Below, piece by piece: positions 9,730 through 20,501 of a stretch of DNA of 64,000 nt (positions are counted from its first letter, which is position 1; each line of letters begins with the position of its first letter). Both the position numbers and the translations under genes were made by a program. The notes beneath the pieces are model-generated. The model was not told where the DNA came from, searched no databases, and saw only the letters and a program-made list of their open reading frames with translations. The stretch is from an uncultured cyanobacterium. GTDB taxonomy: Bacteria > Cyanobacteriota > Cyanobacteriia > Cyanobacteriales > Nostocaceae. The stretch is taken from contig OY970166.1 of assembly GCA_963706595.1 (NCBI GenBank), positions 2,784,001 through 2,848,000 of the forward strand, read 5' to 3'.

Positions 9730-10187
9730 TTTGGCTTACCCCCGCCCTCATCAGAATTTTTCAGAGAAATGCGTTCTGCATGAACCCAGAATGCTTCTAA
9801 ATTATAAAATTCTCTCTCTGTTGGCATCATGATGTGAACAATCACTTCGCCATAATCTAGCAGCACCCAACTACTATCGGCTTTTCCTTCTGTTTGAAAG
9901 GGTCGCCGTTGCCAATCTGTTTGTACCTTCGCTTCAATTGATTCGGCGATCGCTCTAACTTGCACCCTAGAGTACCCGGTCATGATCACAAAGTAATCTG
10001 CCAGATAAGATACTTCTGCTACCCTAAGTACTAAGATATCATCCGCTTTGCGGTCTGAAGCTGCTTCGGCGACAGTCAAAGCTAAATTATCACTCACCTC
10101 TTTGGTTTGGTCATCTAGTCCTCTGAGTGCATTTTTGATCTCCGAGACAGACTGTAATGGGAAATTTCCTTGGAAATAATCAGACAT
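9726..10187 (-). CDS. rsfS: Ribosome silencing factor (Iojap family)
   Basis: DRKADDI, ADYFVI.TG.S..QV.AIA, W.LLDYG.VIVH, REFYNLE motifs. Confidence 0.93.
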   Translation of the reverse strand: MSDYFQGNFPLQSVSEIKNALRGLDDQTKEVSDNLALTVAEAASDRKADDILVLRVAEVSYLADYFVIMTGYSRVQVRAIAESIEAKVQTDWQRRPFQTEGKADSSWVLLDYGEVIVHIMMPTEREFYNLEAFWVHAERISLKNSDEGGGKPK

Positions 10188-10751
10188 TAAACCTCAGGTG
10201 TTTTATCCCTTGTGTTACAATTTTCCCCAATCACTTACTTACAAACAAAAAAATTGAATCGCAAGTGTATGTGTTGGTTTTTTTGAATACTAACAAAAAA
10301 ACAGGTGTCTATGGGGTGAGATCAAAAGTAATAGCGGATATAGGTGCTGAGACATGGGTCTATCCCAGCTGCCTCATCCTCAATATTTAGAGATAATTCT
10401 GGGTATTTAGCTACATTTCTATATATGCAGTAACGCCATCTCATAGATTGCATCTGAAAACGTGCATATAGATCCTACTTTTGGATCACTTTACTCTATG
10501 TGATCTGGACGTAAGTAGATAAACCAAACTATGTTAAGAAAAATAAACACGGCTGAAAGCCTCACCAATGACCAATGACAACCGACCTAATTAGTCAGAT
10601 ATGTGAAGACAGTGTGGACGGCAAGAGAGTTTGAACATTTCTGGTTTAGATAGTACAAGGAGTCTAGGAACCAATTAAAGTTTTGGAACCAAGAATACCC
10701 TGAATTTTGATCAAAATGAGCGATCGCGGCATTTTTGCACTCAGGAGACTG

Positions 10752-12023
10752 TCAAACTTCCTGCTTTGTCACTATTGGAGACTCAATTCCTTCACGACTG
10801 GCGATCACTGATTCAAATAAATCTTCATAGTGATTTAAAGCTTGCTCAAAGGCGTATTGCTCCATAGCATATTGACGACTGTGAACACCTAAATCTTTAA
10901 CTTTTTCAGGATGCTGGTACAAATCTAAAATTGCTGCTGCTAAAGCTTTAGAGTCTTCTGGTGGTACAATCACTCCTCCACCACTTTGTCTCACAGCTTT
11001 TGCGGCTGTGCCACTTTCGGGTACAGATGCAACCAATGCTCTACCACTGGCCAGTAGCGATTGAATTTTCGATGGCATATTGAAAGACACCACATTTTTC
11101 TTCTGGACTACCAAACCAATATCCGCAGATGCTAACATTTGTGGTAATTGTTTGCGGGGTTGGAACGGTAGCAGTAAAACGTTATCGGCACCGAAGTCTA
11201 AACAATACTTTTGTAATCGCTGCAAGCCTTTGGCCTCACCCACAATCACAAAGGCGATATCTGGAATGTGGCGCAACTGAGCAGCAGCTTTAACAACAGT
11301 TTCTAAGCCTTGTGTCAGACCAATATTGCCAGAATATAAAGCTACAAATTTGCCATTAAGATTATGTACCGCACGAAAAGGATTATTTTCTGGGGAAAAG
11401 GGACGAATAAAATTCACGTCAACCCAGTTAGGAATTTGCTCGATTTTCTCAGGTGCTACACCCTTAGATAGCAAATTTTCGACAAATCCATCGGCAATAA
11501 CGCTAATCTTTGTGGCTGTGTGATAAGCAAATTTTTCTAATGCAGTAAATACCTTGATCAGTAATTTATTTTTGAGCAGTCCCACATGAATCGCTGCTTC
11601 GGGTAAGATATCTTGAAGATTCAAGACCACAGGGCAGGCGCGTAACCATCCTAAAAGGGCTGCCGGCACACAAACAGGCAATGATGGCGATGTTGAGAGG
11701 ATAACATCTGGCCGCCAGCCAAACAGGGCTGGTAAAAAGCTAGTCACGACAAAACTAGCATCCAACAATACTCTATCTAACAAATTGGGTTGTGGACGAA
11801 TCCATATATAACTGCGTTGGATTTGAACGCCGTTTTTGTATTCATTCAAATACAACTTACCCCGGTAACCCTCGTAAACTTGACGTTCAGGATAGTTGGG
11901 CATAGCGGTGATTACGCGCACTTGATGCCCACGCTTGGCTAGTCCCTCTGCTAATTCTGTCATCAACGGGGCTATGCCAATTGGTTCTGGATAGTAGTTG
12001 TAAGAGTAAATTAAAATACGCAT
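10752..12023 (-). CDS. Glycosyltransferase family 4 (WcaI-like)
   Basis: NYYPEPIGIA, PNYP, YSGNIGLTQGL and MPSK motifs. Confidence 0.9.
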   Translation of the reverse strand: MRILIYSYNYYPEPIGIAPLMTELAEGLAKRGHQVRVITAMPNYPERQVYEGYRGKLYLNEYKNGVQIQRSYIWIRPQPNLLDRVLLDASFVVTSFLPALFGWRPDVILSTSPSLPVCVPAALLGWLRACPVVLNLQDILPEAAIHVGLLKNKLLIKVFTALEKFAYHTATKISVIADGFVENLLSKGVAPEKIEQIPNWVDVNFIRPFSPENNPFRAVHNLNGKFVALYSGNIGLTQGLETVVKAAAQLRHIPDIAFVIVGEAKGLQRLQKYCLDFGADNVLLLPFQPRKQLPQMLASADIGLVVQKKNVVSFNMPSKIQSLLASGRALVASVPESGTAAKAVRQSGGGVIVPPEDSKALAAAILDLYQHPEKVKDLGVHSRQYAMEQYAFEQALNHYEDLFESVIASREGIESPIVTKQEV

Positions 12024-12796
12024 AAAAAATTATTCAGAAATTTCCTGGCTTTTATGGTTAACGAAAATATTCTGGAGAAGGAAATTATTGTTTCCCACTT
12101 TGATGCTCCTATATTTAATTTTCTCTTTAGAGTTTCTCTAATAACAGGAGTTTTTATTAAAGATTTAGTAAATTTTGTCTTGGCTACTTAAGTAAGCTAC
12201 CTGTACTGGTTGTGAGATTTTTCTTGGAGTAAATGTATACTTTGATATTTTGCCTCAGTATTGTACTTAGAAAAATATGTGTCGATTACATTGTAAACAA
12301 TAATTAACAAAGGTTTATGAAGAGTATAAAAATATAATGTAAATTTTTAGCCTGATTTTTATTTAGCTGCTGAACAGGCAAAGATTTTCTGTTAATGACC
12401 GGGGTAGGAATAGTATGCCTGACCATCTTGTATTTTATAGGTAAATTTTAGATGCCGTAAATATATACGTAGAAATTTAGTGAAGTTGGCATCAATTGAC
12501 GAATTGAGCAGAGGTATCATAAATCCTGCTGCCAGACTAGGACAGTTTCTATTAATGGTGTATTTTCCTCTGTTTCAAGATCAGTGGCATGGACTGATGA
12601 TAAAGATTTTGTAAACAATACGGATAGTGTCAACAAGGTTAAGGCGATCTCTCCACATACATTCACCTCGATTCCACAATCATGACCGCAGAGGCAGGGG
12701 AAGTTTTTCCCACGATTGAGGCGAATCATCACTGAAATAGCTATACTCCAAAGTGATACCCTCACTATATACTGAAGTTTTCTAGGGCTGGATTTT

Positions 12797-13441
12797 ATGA
12801 CATCCTACGCAACCTCCTTTGCCAAGGCGGAAATGAGTGAACTCCGGCGGTTAAAAGGCTTACTACCGCCAGAATTGCAGAGCTGGGTCACGGTTGAAGG
12901 TACGACCGAGGTGAATCCACCGATGATCCGTTGTGAAGAAATTGGTAAAGACCAAGTAGAAATTCAAATTGACTTGGTGAAATGGGATGCTCTGGCAATG
13001 GATCAGCGTAATTTGCTGTTCTGGCATGAAGTGGCTCGCATTCAAAATGATACTATTCCCAAAGATGGCTGGGAAATGGCAGCATTGGCTATTGGTTTAG
13101 GTGGTGCTGTGGGCGAATTGTGGGTACAAGATGGATTATTGCTGGTCTTAGCTTTGGCACTATGTGGTGTCTCTGGCTGGCGATTGTATCAAAAAAATAA
13201 TGGCGAAAAGCAAATCCGAGAATTGCTAGTTGCTGACGAGAAAGCGATCGCTCTGGCAACTCGCTTTGGTTATAGTCTCCCTAACGCCTACAAGAGTCTG
13301 GGTAGTGCCTTAAAAACTATGATTGATAATACACCTAGCAAGCGCCAACGGTCTCGCTACGAGGCACGACTTTCGGCTCTTAAACGCAGTGCCAACAAAG
13401 CCAAAGCTAAATCTAAGACTACAGATGAGTCTGGACAGTAA
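12797..13441 (+). CDS. Conserved cyanobacterial membrane protein (DUF3318-like)
   Basis: ELRRL..LLPPEL and LFWHEV motifs plus two hydrophobic segments; family name recalled. Confidence 0.7.
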   Translation: MTSYATSFAKAEMSELRRLKGLLPPELQSWVTVEGTTEVNPPMIRCEEIGKDQVEIQIDLVKWDALAMDQRNLLFWHEVARIQNDTIPKDGWEMAALAIGLGGAVGELWVQDGLLLVLALALCGVSGWRLYQKNNGEKQIRELLVADEKAIALATRFGYSLPNAYKSLGSALKTMIDNTPSKRQRSRYEARLSALKRSANKAKAKSKTTDESGQ

Positions 13442-13494
13442 AATGCCATCAGTAGGTGGGGTGGTTATTTTCCACCCCCAAAAAATATTTGATC

Positions 13495-14291
13495 CTACAG
13501 TTGATTTAACATTTTGTGAGTTTGAGGTATAACCCGGACTTGTGAGACAAACTGCTTCATTAAAGCTTGCCACATCAAGACTTGTTCGGGAGCAGGTGCT
13601 AGTACAGGTGTTTGAGTCAGTTGTTCAGAGGTTGGTAAAGGTGTCACAGGTTGTAAAAACACCGGGATTTTGGGCTGACATCTGCCACCATTGCGGCTGC
13701 ACGTTCCAACTCGGCTGGATCTGTACAATTAGAAATAATTATCTTGACAAAAATATCTAAATCTGCATCTGAAGATAATTGTAAAAATTCTGTATGTTCT
13801 TGCCAGAGGCTTTCGCCACTCACACTGGGCAGTTTTAAATCCATGCCGACGGAATCTAGATGGGGTAAAATCATCGCCAACTGTTCAGGGCGATGTCCAC
13901 CAGACTCTAAATATATGGGTAAATTGGTAAGCGATCGCACTTGGGGCAAAAATTCCTTTAAGAAAGCTGCATGAAGAAGAGGTTCGCCACCAGTTAAGCT
14001 AATGCTATCGTGTAGACAAGGTAGATTTTGCCTTTCCACCCATTGGATTAAAATGGGTAGTGGGACAGGATTCGAGTGAATTTCAAAGTCCCGCAATCCA
14101 GGCGATCGCTCGATCCGACAAGTAGGGGGTGCATTCCAAGTGTGGGCGCTATCGCAAAAGTGACAACGCAAGTCACAAAAAGCAAAGCGAATAAAAAGTT
14201 GACGTGTCCCGACATTCAGTCCTTCCCCTTGAATAGCAGAAAAGACCTCAATCAGACGTGCTGTAGGTTGAACCGTAGTTTTAACAGTCAT
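13495..14291 (-). CDS. queE: 7-carboxy-7-deazaguanine synthase (radical SAM), apparent 1-bp frameshift near 13668-13671
   Basis: EVFSAIQGEG, CDLRCHFCD, TGGEPLL; the C-terminus (IPVFLQPVT...RVIPQTHK) continues in another frame (ORF 13495..13728). Confidence 0.88.
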
Positions 14292-14509
14292 GGGATAGTA
14301 GCAACGCGATCGCGCTGCGTTGGCACAAAAGAGAGGATATTTTTTTAGTTCTTGTTCTATTGTGAATCGTCGCTGGCAATCTCCGCTCCCATCCTCAGTC
14401 ACTAATTACTAACTATTAGTGTTTATGCCTACTAATTAATTAATTATCATCTGAGGACAAGGTTAAGTAAATTACCAGGATAAAATAATTTTTGGCAGTT
14501 TAAATTTAC

Positions 14510-15559
14510 ATGGCAACGAAAGTGCAGAGCTTCATGACTAGCCAACCCACACAGGAAGACTTTCCAGTTTCTTCTATGCAGGAAACTGTAATAGTACAGG
14601 TAACAGCGCGGTTAAGCGTGCTAGAGGCAGTAGCCTTTAAGCAGACCTGCCAAGATTTAATTCAAGCAAATACACCTCCCAAGCAAATCACTATTGATTT
14701 CCACCAAACTACTTTTATGGATAGTAGTGGTTTAGGTGCGCTGGTGAGTAATTTCAAAAATGCCCAAGAAAAAGGCATTGTTTTGACTTTGCGAAATGTT
14801 ACGCCTCAAGTCATGGCAGTGCTAAACCTCACAGGATTAGATGAAGTTTTCACCATTGAGTCTAGCAGGGAAAGGTCATCAATAGAAACTGATGAACCCA
14901 AAGATACCCACAAGAGTAATTCTCGCAAAGTAGAGCCACTACCCACAACTCATCCTTCTGTGGCATCTTGGATGAAACGGTTCATAGACGTTGTTGGCGC
15001 ATTAGTTGGTTTGGTGATTACCGGATTTTTATTTATTCCCATGGTAGTGGCTATCCAAATTGATGATCCTGGTCCAATTTTCTTTGGTCAAATTCGCTGC
15101 GGTTGGATGGGCAAACGGTTTAAAATTTGGAAATTCCGCTCCATGTGTGTAGATGCTGAAGCGAAGAAATCCCAAGTTAAAAATGAAGTCCAAGGTGCAT
15201 TTTTCAAGAATGAAAAAGATCCTAGAGTCACGAAGGTAGGGCGGTTTTTACGCCGTACCAGCTTGGATGAATTACCGCAATTTTGGAACGTCCTCAAAGG
15301 AGATATGAGCCTAGTGGGGACTAGACCACCCACACCTGATGAAGTAGAACGCTATGAAGTACCGGAATGGCAACGTTTAGACGTTAAACCCGGTATGACT
15401 GGAGAATGGCAAGTTAATGGACGATCTAAAGTCCGCAATTTTGAGGATGTTATTCGCCTAGATTTAGAGTATCAGAAAAATTGGACTTTATTATACGATT
15501 TGAAATTAATTTGGAAAACTGTAGCAATTCTATTTAATAAAAATAGTGGTGCTGTTTAG
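14510..15559 (+). CDS. STAS (anti-sigma antagonist) domain plus bacterial sugar transferase fusion
   Basis: FMDSSGLGALV (STAS); KFRSM, DPRVTKVGRFLRRTSLDELPQFWNVLKGDMSLVGTRP, KPGMTG (sugar transferase). Confidence 0.92.
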   Translation: MATKVQSFMTSQPTQEDFPVSSMQETVIVQVTARLSVLEAVAFKQTCQDLIQANTPPKQITIDFHQTTFMDSSGLGALVSNFKNAQEKGIVLTLRNVTPQVMAVLNLTGLDEVFTIESSRERSSIETDEPKDTHKSNSRKVEPLPTTHPSVASWMKRFIDVVGALVGLVITGFLFIPMVVAIQIDDPGPIFFGQIRCGWMGKRFKIWKFRSMCVDAEAKKSQVKNEVQGAFFKNEKDPRVTKVGRFLRRTSLDELPQFWNVLKGDMSLVGTRPPTPDEVERYEVPEWQRLDVKPGMTGEWQVNGRSKVRNFEDVIRLDLEYQKNWTLLYDLKLIWKTVAILFNKNSGAV

Positions 15560-15616
15560 TTAATTAGCTTAATTTCTACTTTGTTAGTAAATCGCCATCT
15601 ATTTTCATTTCTAGAT

Positions 15617-15655
15617 ATACCCAAGCTTTTAATTAAGTTTGGGTATTGCTTTTTT
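15617..15655. terminator. Hairpin between convergent genes
   Basis: ATACCCAAGCTT/AAGTTTGGGTAT stem with a T-rich tail. Confidence 0.55.
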
Positions 15656-15713
15656 AAGCTTAATTCACGAAGTCGTTATTGTGAGGATAAAACCAATATA
15701 AGGATAACATTTA

Positions 15714-15959
15714 TTAGTCATAATGATATTTACAGGACAAAATAATTAATAAATCTTCTTCCACTTTGTAAACTAATCGATGTTCATCTGAAATACGCCT
15801 TGACCACTAACCTTGTAGTTCATATTTCAAAGCTTCTGGCTTGCCTATTCCTGAAAAAGCATCTCTTTGTATATCTTTAATTAGTGCCAATATTTTTTTG
15901 AAAATTCTTTTATCTTCTGTCGCCCATTCACCAAGTTGTTCAAATGCAACCTTTTTCAT
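15714..15959 (-). pseudogene. Txe/YoeB family toxin with an in-frame amber stop at 15809-15807
   Basis: Manual translation: MKKVAFEQLGEWATEDKRIFKKILALIKDIQRDAFSGIGKPEALKYELQG*WSRRISDEHRLVYKVEEDLLIILSCKYHYD*. GIGKPE.LK, WSRRI..EHRLVY and terminal YHY are YoeB signatures. Confidence 0.88.
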
Positions 15960-16191
15960 ACTCATCTAAATCAACATATATCAAATTTCCTTTTTCTACA
16001 TTCTCCAAAGCTTTAAGTAAATGTGTTTTGTTAGCTTCTGATTTCATCAGATAGGTTGTTTCATCTTCTTTAGTGGGTGGTTCAACTAGCACAATGACTT
16101 CTACTACTGTTCCTTCTGGTAGTTCGGTTGTAGACAATTCAATTTTGCCATCTTTACCGACAACAGCCTTTTGTTTAATTCCACTCAGCAT
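15940..16191 (-). CDS. Putative antitoxin for the YoeB-like toxin
   Basis: 83 aa, overlaps the toxin start; C-terminal ETTYLMKSEANKTHLLKAL resembles the YefM toxin-binding helix. Confidence 0.7.
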   Translation of the reverse strand: MLSGIKQKAVVGKDGKIELSTTELPEGTVVEVIVLVEPPTKEDETTYLMKSEANKTHLLKALENVEKGNLIYVDLDEYEKGCI

Positions 16192-16318
16192 AATTATTCT
16201 AAATTTTCATATTTTCTGTAATTTAACTATATCTGATTGGTCTGATGTTTAGGCGCTGCCTTGATAACCCTAGAGTTATTCTTATAAAACTCTATGAGAA
16301 TATTTGTATCACATAAAA

Positions 16319-16540
16319 TCATTTAACATCTTCTCGCCATGCTTCTTGACGAATCGACTCAGTAGTAACATTTCTATTTTCCCACAGCCCTGCCAAAGAA
16401 AAAAAATCTTGCTCATCTTTAGATATATTCGCGTTATCTTCCATTACTTCTACAGAGTTAACAAAATCTAAAGCAGAAAGAATCTTCAATAGCATTTCTG
16501 CTTTTTCCTTATCAGCCACTCGAACTAAGTAGGTCAACAT
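16319..16540 (-). CDS. Small antitoxin-like hypothetical protein; 5' end disrupted by a MITE (ancestral ATG at 16644)
   Basis: 73 aa ending [18 protein letters not shown]; removing the MITE restores MEQLIVRVADKEKA. Confidence 0.6.
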   Translation of the reverse strand: MLTYLVRVADKEKAEMLLKILSALDFVNSVEVMEDNANISKDEQDFFSLAGLWENRNVTTESIRQEAWREDVK

Positions 16541-16629
16541 AATTAAACATAAAACCTTGACGATATAGATCCCCGACTTCTTCGAGAAGTCGGGGATCTG
16601 GGTATTACGTTTTTTAAGCTTGAGCTACT
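16528..16629. mobile_element. 102-bp MITE with TA target duplication, carrying the 33-bp palindrome
   Basis: TIRs AGTAGGTCAA / TTGAGCTACT with TA on both sides; near-identical inverted partial copy at 25601-25688. Confidence 0.8.
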
Positions 16630-16683
16630 TATTAATTGTTCCATAGGATAATTACTCTTAATTTTCATCTTTTCTTTAATATA

Positions 16684-16820
16684 AGTAACTTGGCCGGAAT
16701 AAACCTAACTATGTGAAGTAATGTAACACTTTTGTGATTTAGCTCGTAGTAAGGGCTTAAGCCCTTAATTCAGGACTTTAGTCCTGACTACAAACCTTTA
16801 ATTATTTACGCCGATTTACT
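16684..16820. mobile_element. 137-bp MITE with TA target duplication and an internal GTAG...CTAC REP-like doublet
   Basis: Imperfect TIRs AGTAACTTGGCCGGAATAA / TTATTTACGCCGATTTACT flanked by TA. Confidence 0.65.
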
Positions 16821-16874
16821 TAACTATATCTGATGGGTCTGGTGTTTGAGCGATGCCTTTGGCAAGCGTAGCTA

Positions 16875-16918
16875 TCGCTCTTTTTAACGAACCACAGAGG
16901 CGCAGAGAACACAGAGAA
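16875..16918 (+). repeat. Dispersed repeat, left member of an inverted pair
   Basis: TTTTTAACGAACCACAGAGGCGCAGAG...; reverse-complement match at 18278-18323. Confidence 0.7.
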
Positions 16919-17053
16919 AGGCGTTAGTTTAGTAGAGATATTAGAACTTTAATTGGGAATACTGAGTAAAGCGCGGTATTTGCGGCTTTTATCGACAAAG
17001 CAGCTTTTCACGGGATATCGCGCTGCTGAGGGTTTACCAATGAATAAAAAATT

Positions 17054-18262
17054 ATGAGTTTAGCACTTACAGTAACTTTTGCGCTTGCAGATTGGATTGC
17101 GAAAGGCTTGGCGGATGGAACTTTTGAAAGAGTCGGCGGTGTAATTCGAGAAGTAGGGAACAAACAAGTTGTCACCTGGTTACGTGAATATGGATCAAAT
17201 AGTTCTGCTAATGCAGCTATTTCAGGAAAAGGATTTGCTGATGTTAATGGGCGTTTAGGTAGTATGGAAAGTCAAATAGGGGAAATCGGACAAAATATAC
17301 TGCGAAATCAAGGAATTTTGCAGATAACTACTGCTGCTAGTGTACTTAATCTTGGTGTCTCAGTGATGGGTTTTGCCGTCATTGCACAACGCCTCCAAGA
17401 AATAGAACAACAACTAAAACAAGCACAAGAACTGTTAAACAAAATTGATCGCAAAATTGATTTGAGTTTCTATGCTAATTTTCGTGCTGCAATCGAATTG
17501 GCAATTAATGCCTTCACCATGACTAAACCTGAAAATCGGAGAAGTAGCGCCCTCCAAGCGATTAACAGATTTTTAGAAGCAGAACATATTTACACTGAAT
17601 ATACAGATATAGAAATTGAGCAACAAAGCCAAATTGCTGATGAGTTTTTGCTGACTTTATCTTTAGCCTACTTAGCTGAAGCACGTTGTTATCTGGAATT
17701 AGAAGAAAATGAAACCGCACTTCGCCGATTTCAAGAAGGAGCTAGAGTCATTAGTTCTCGTATTCACAAATATGTAGAAATTTTGCTTACTTCTAACCCA
17801 GCAGCATACTTACAACCTCAGTTTAAAAATGTGATTTCTTTGCGAAGAATGACCCAAATTTATCAATGGATTGATCCAACTTTAGATGAAAATGCGGTTT
17901 TTGATTTACAACGAGAAAACTTGTTTAAGATGGCGCAAGATCCTAACAAGTGGTTAGATTCACTGCCAGCAGCAATTTTAATTCCTGTTGAGGTTCAAGG
18001 AGGTTGGTTCGGACCCGATCATAACGATTTAAAGCGAGAAGCGGATAAACGTCTTCCCCAAGTATTTGAAGTAATGGAATCGATGATTGAAACCAATCGC
18101 CGATTTGAATCTTACCAGACAGAAATACAAGCCGTATCCCAACTAGGAATCAGCTTTCATGACTGGCTTAAATTAACTCCATCTACAGAAATTAAACCAG
18201 ACGGAGCCGAACTAATGTACATTATTCCCTCTCAACCGCTAGACTTGCAACCTGCCATTTGA
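17054..18262 (+). CDS. Hypothetical protein, 402 aa (hydrophobic helix, coiled coil, helical C-terminal part)
   Basis: Long intact ORF; no family recognised. Confidence 0.85.
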   Translation: MSLALTVTFALADWIAKGLADGTFERVGGVIREVGNKQVVTWLREYGSNSSANAAISGKGFADVNGRLGSMESQIGEIGQNILRNQGILQITTAASVLNLGVSVMGFAVIAQRLQEIEQQLKQAQELLNKIDRKIDLSFYANFRAAIELAINAFTMTKPENRRSSALQAINRFLEAEHIYTEYTDIEIEQQSQIADEFLLTLSLAYLAEARCYLELEENETALRRFQEGARVISSRIHKYVEILLTSNPAAYLQPQFKNVISLRRMTQIYQWIDPTLDENAVFDLQRENLFKMAQDPNKWLDSLPAAILIPVEVQGGWFGPDHNDLKREADKRLPQVFEVMESMIETNRRFESYQTEIQAVSQLGISFHDWLKLTPSTEIKPDGAELMYIIPSQPLDLQPAI

Positions 18263-18277
18263 ATTAATTTCCCTCTC

Positions 18278-18323
18278 TTCCTCCGCGTCCTCTGAGCCTC
18301 TGCGGTTCGTTAAAAAAAGGCGA
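18278..18323 (-). repeat. Dispersed repeat, right member of an inverted pair
   Basis: Reverse complement reads TTTTTTAACGAACCGCAGAGGCTCAGAGGACGCGGAG. Confidence 0.7.
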
Positions 18324-18380
18324 ACATTTGTTCGCCTAATCATCATCCTGTTATGGTGTTAATCGATTCAAGCCCAAACT

Positions 18381-18665
18381 TTAATAAACCTCATCGTGGC
18401 TACCGATATCAACCAACACAATCATCTCCTCTGGTGTATCCTGAGATTGTTTTAATGTATAGATAATTCGGCAGTCATAAGCCACTGAACAAGCCCATAA
18501 ACCTTCTAACTGACCACTCAATTTATGAGATTTCAAAACAGGGTTAAATATATCAGACGCTAGTAATTCTAATATTTCAAATATTTTCCCCTCTAATTGG
18601 GGATTCTTACGAATAACTCGCTTAAAAGCTCTCTTAAAACTGGTATCCCAAACTAAAACTTTCAT
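18381..18665 (-). CDS. RelE/YafQ-family type II toxin
   Basis: SFKRAFK..., HKLSGQLEGLWACSV..DCRIIY, DIGSHDEVY. Confidence 0.88.
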   Translation of the reverse strand: MKVLVWDTSFKRAFKRVIRKNPQLEGKIFEILELLASDIFNPVLKSHKLSGQLEGLWACSVAYDCRIIYTLKQSQDTPEEMIVLVDIGSHDEVY

Positions 18666-18883
18666 TCATCTCCAGTCAAATCAGCCCATAAATCCGCTAC
18701 AGTACCTTTTTTAGCTGTTCCTGCGTCAATTGCTGCTAAGGTTTGCACCCCATGATTAGCTATTTCTGAGCGTCGTTTTTCAACTCTTCTTTTTTGAATT
18801 AGTTCTAATAATAAATCTTGGTCTTCTTGAGAAAGAGCTTCAACGTATCCAATTATTTCTTGAAAAGATATAGTATTGCTCAT
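18662..18883 (-). CDS. Putative antitoxin of the RelE/YafQ-like toxin
   Basis: Small ORF overlapping the toxin start (ATGA); probable ATG at 18883. Confidence 0.72.
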   Translation of the reverse strand: MSNTISFQEIIGYVEALSQEDQDLLLELIQKRRVEKRRSEIANHGVQTLAAIDAGTAKKGTVADLWADLTGDE

Positions 18884-18913
18884 AGAAAACCTCACTTATA
18901 CCCAAATAACATA

Positions 18914-18942
18914 GAGTGGGGTTAGCATCATTCACCCCACTC
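18914..18942. terminator. Hairpin downstream of chlN
   Basis: GAGTGGGG...CCCCACTC stem. Confidence 0.55.
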
Positions 18943-18949
18943 CATATTA

Positions 18950-20383
<1,434 letters not shown>

Positions 20384-20501
20384 TTATGGCAGGTGAATAT
20401 AGGACAGGCATAAGGGGGAGATGATGTTTCCCCCTGAATACCGTAGTTGGTGGCATATAGCACCAGTTAACAGTCCCTATATTCCACAGGAACGGTAATA
20501 A

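Noticed and set aside
13660..13680. Programmed ribosomal frameshifting in queE (also considered for purM)
   Set aside because: No convincing slippery site with a stimulatory structure; three unrelated single-base shifts in 64 kb fit sequence error better.
15807..15809. Amber codon as programmed read-through (pyrrolysine or suppression)
   Set aside because: No pyl genes or recoding signals are seen; simple nonsense inactivation of a toxin is more parsimonious.
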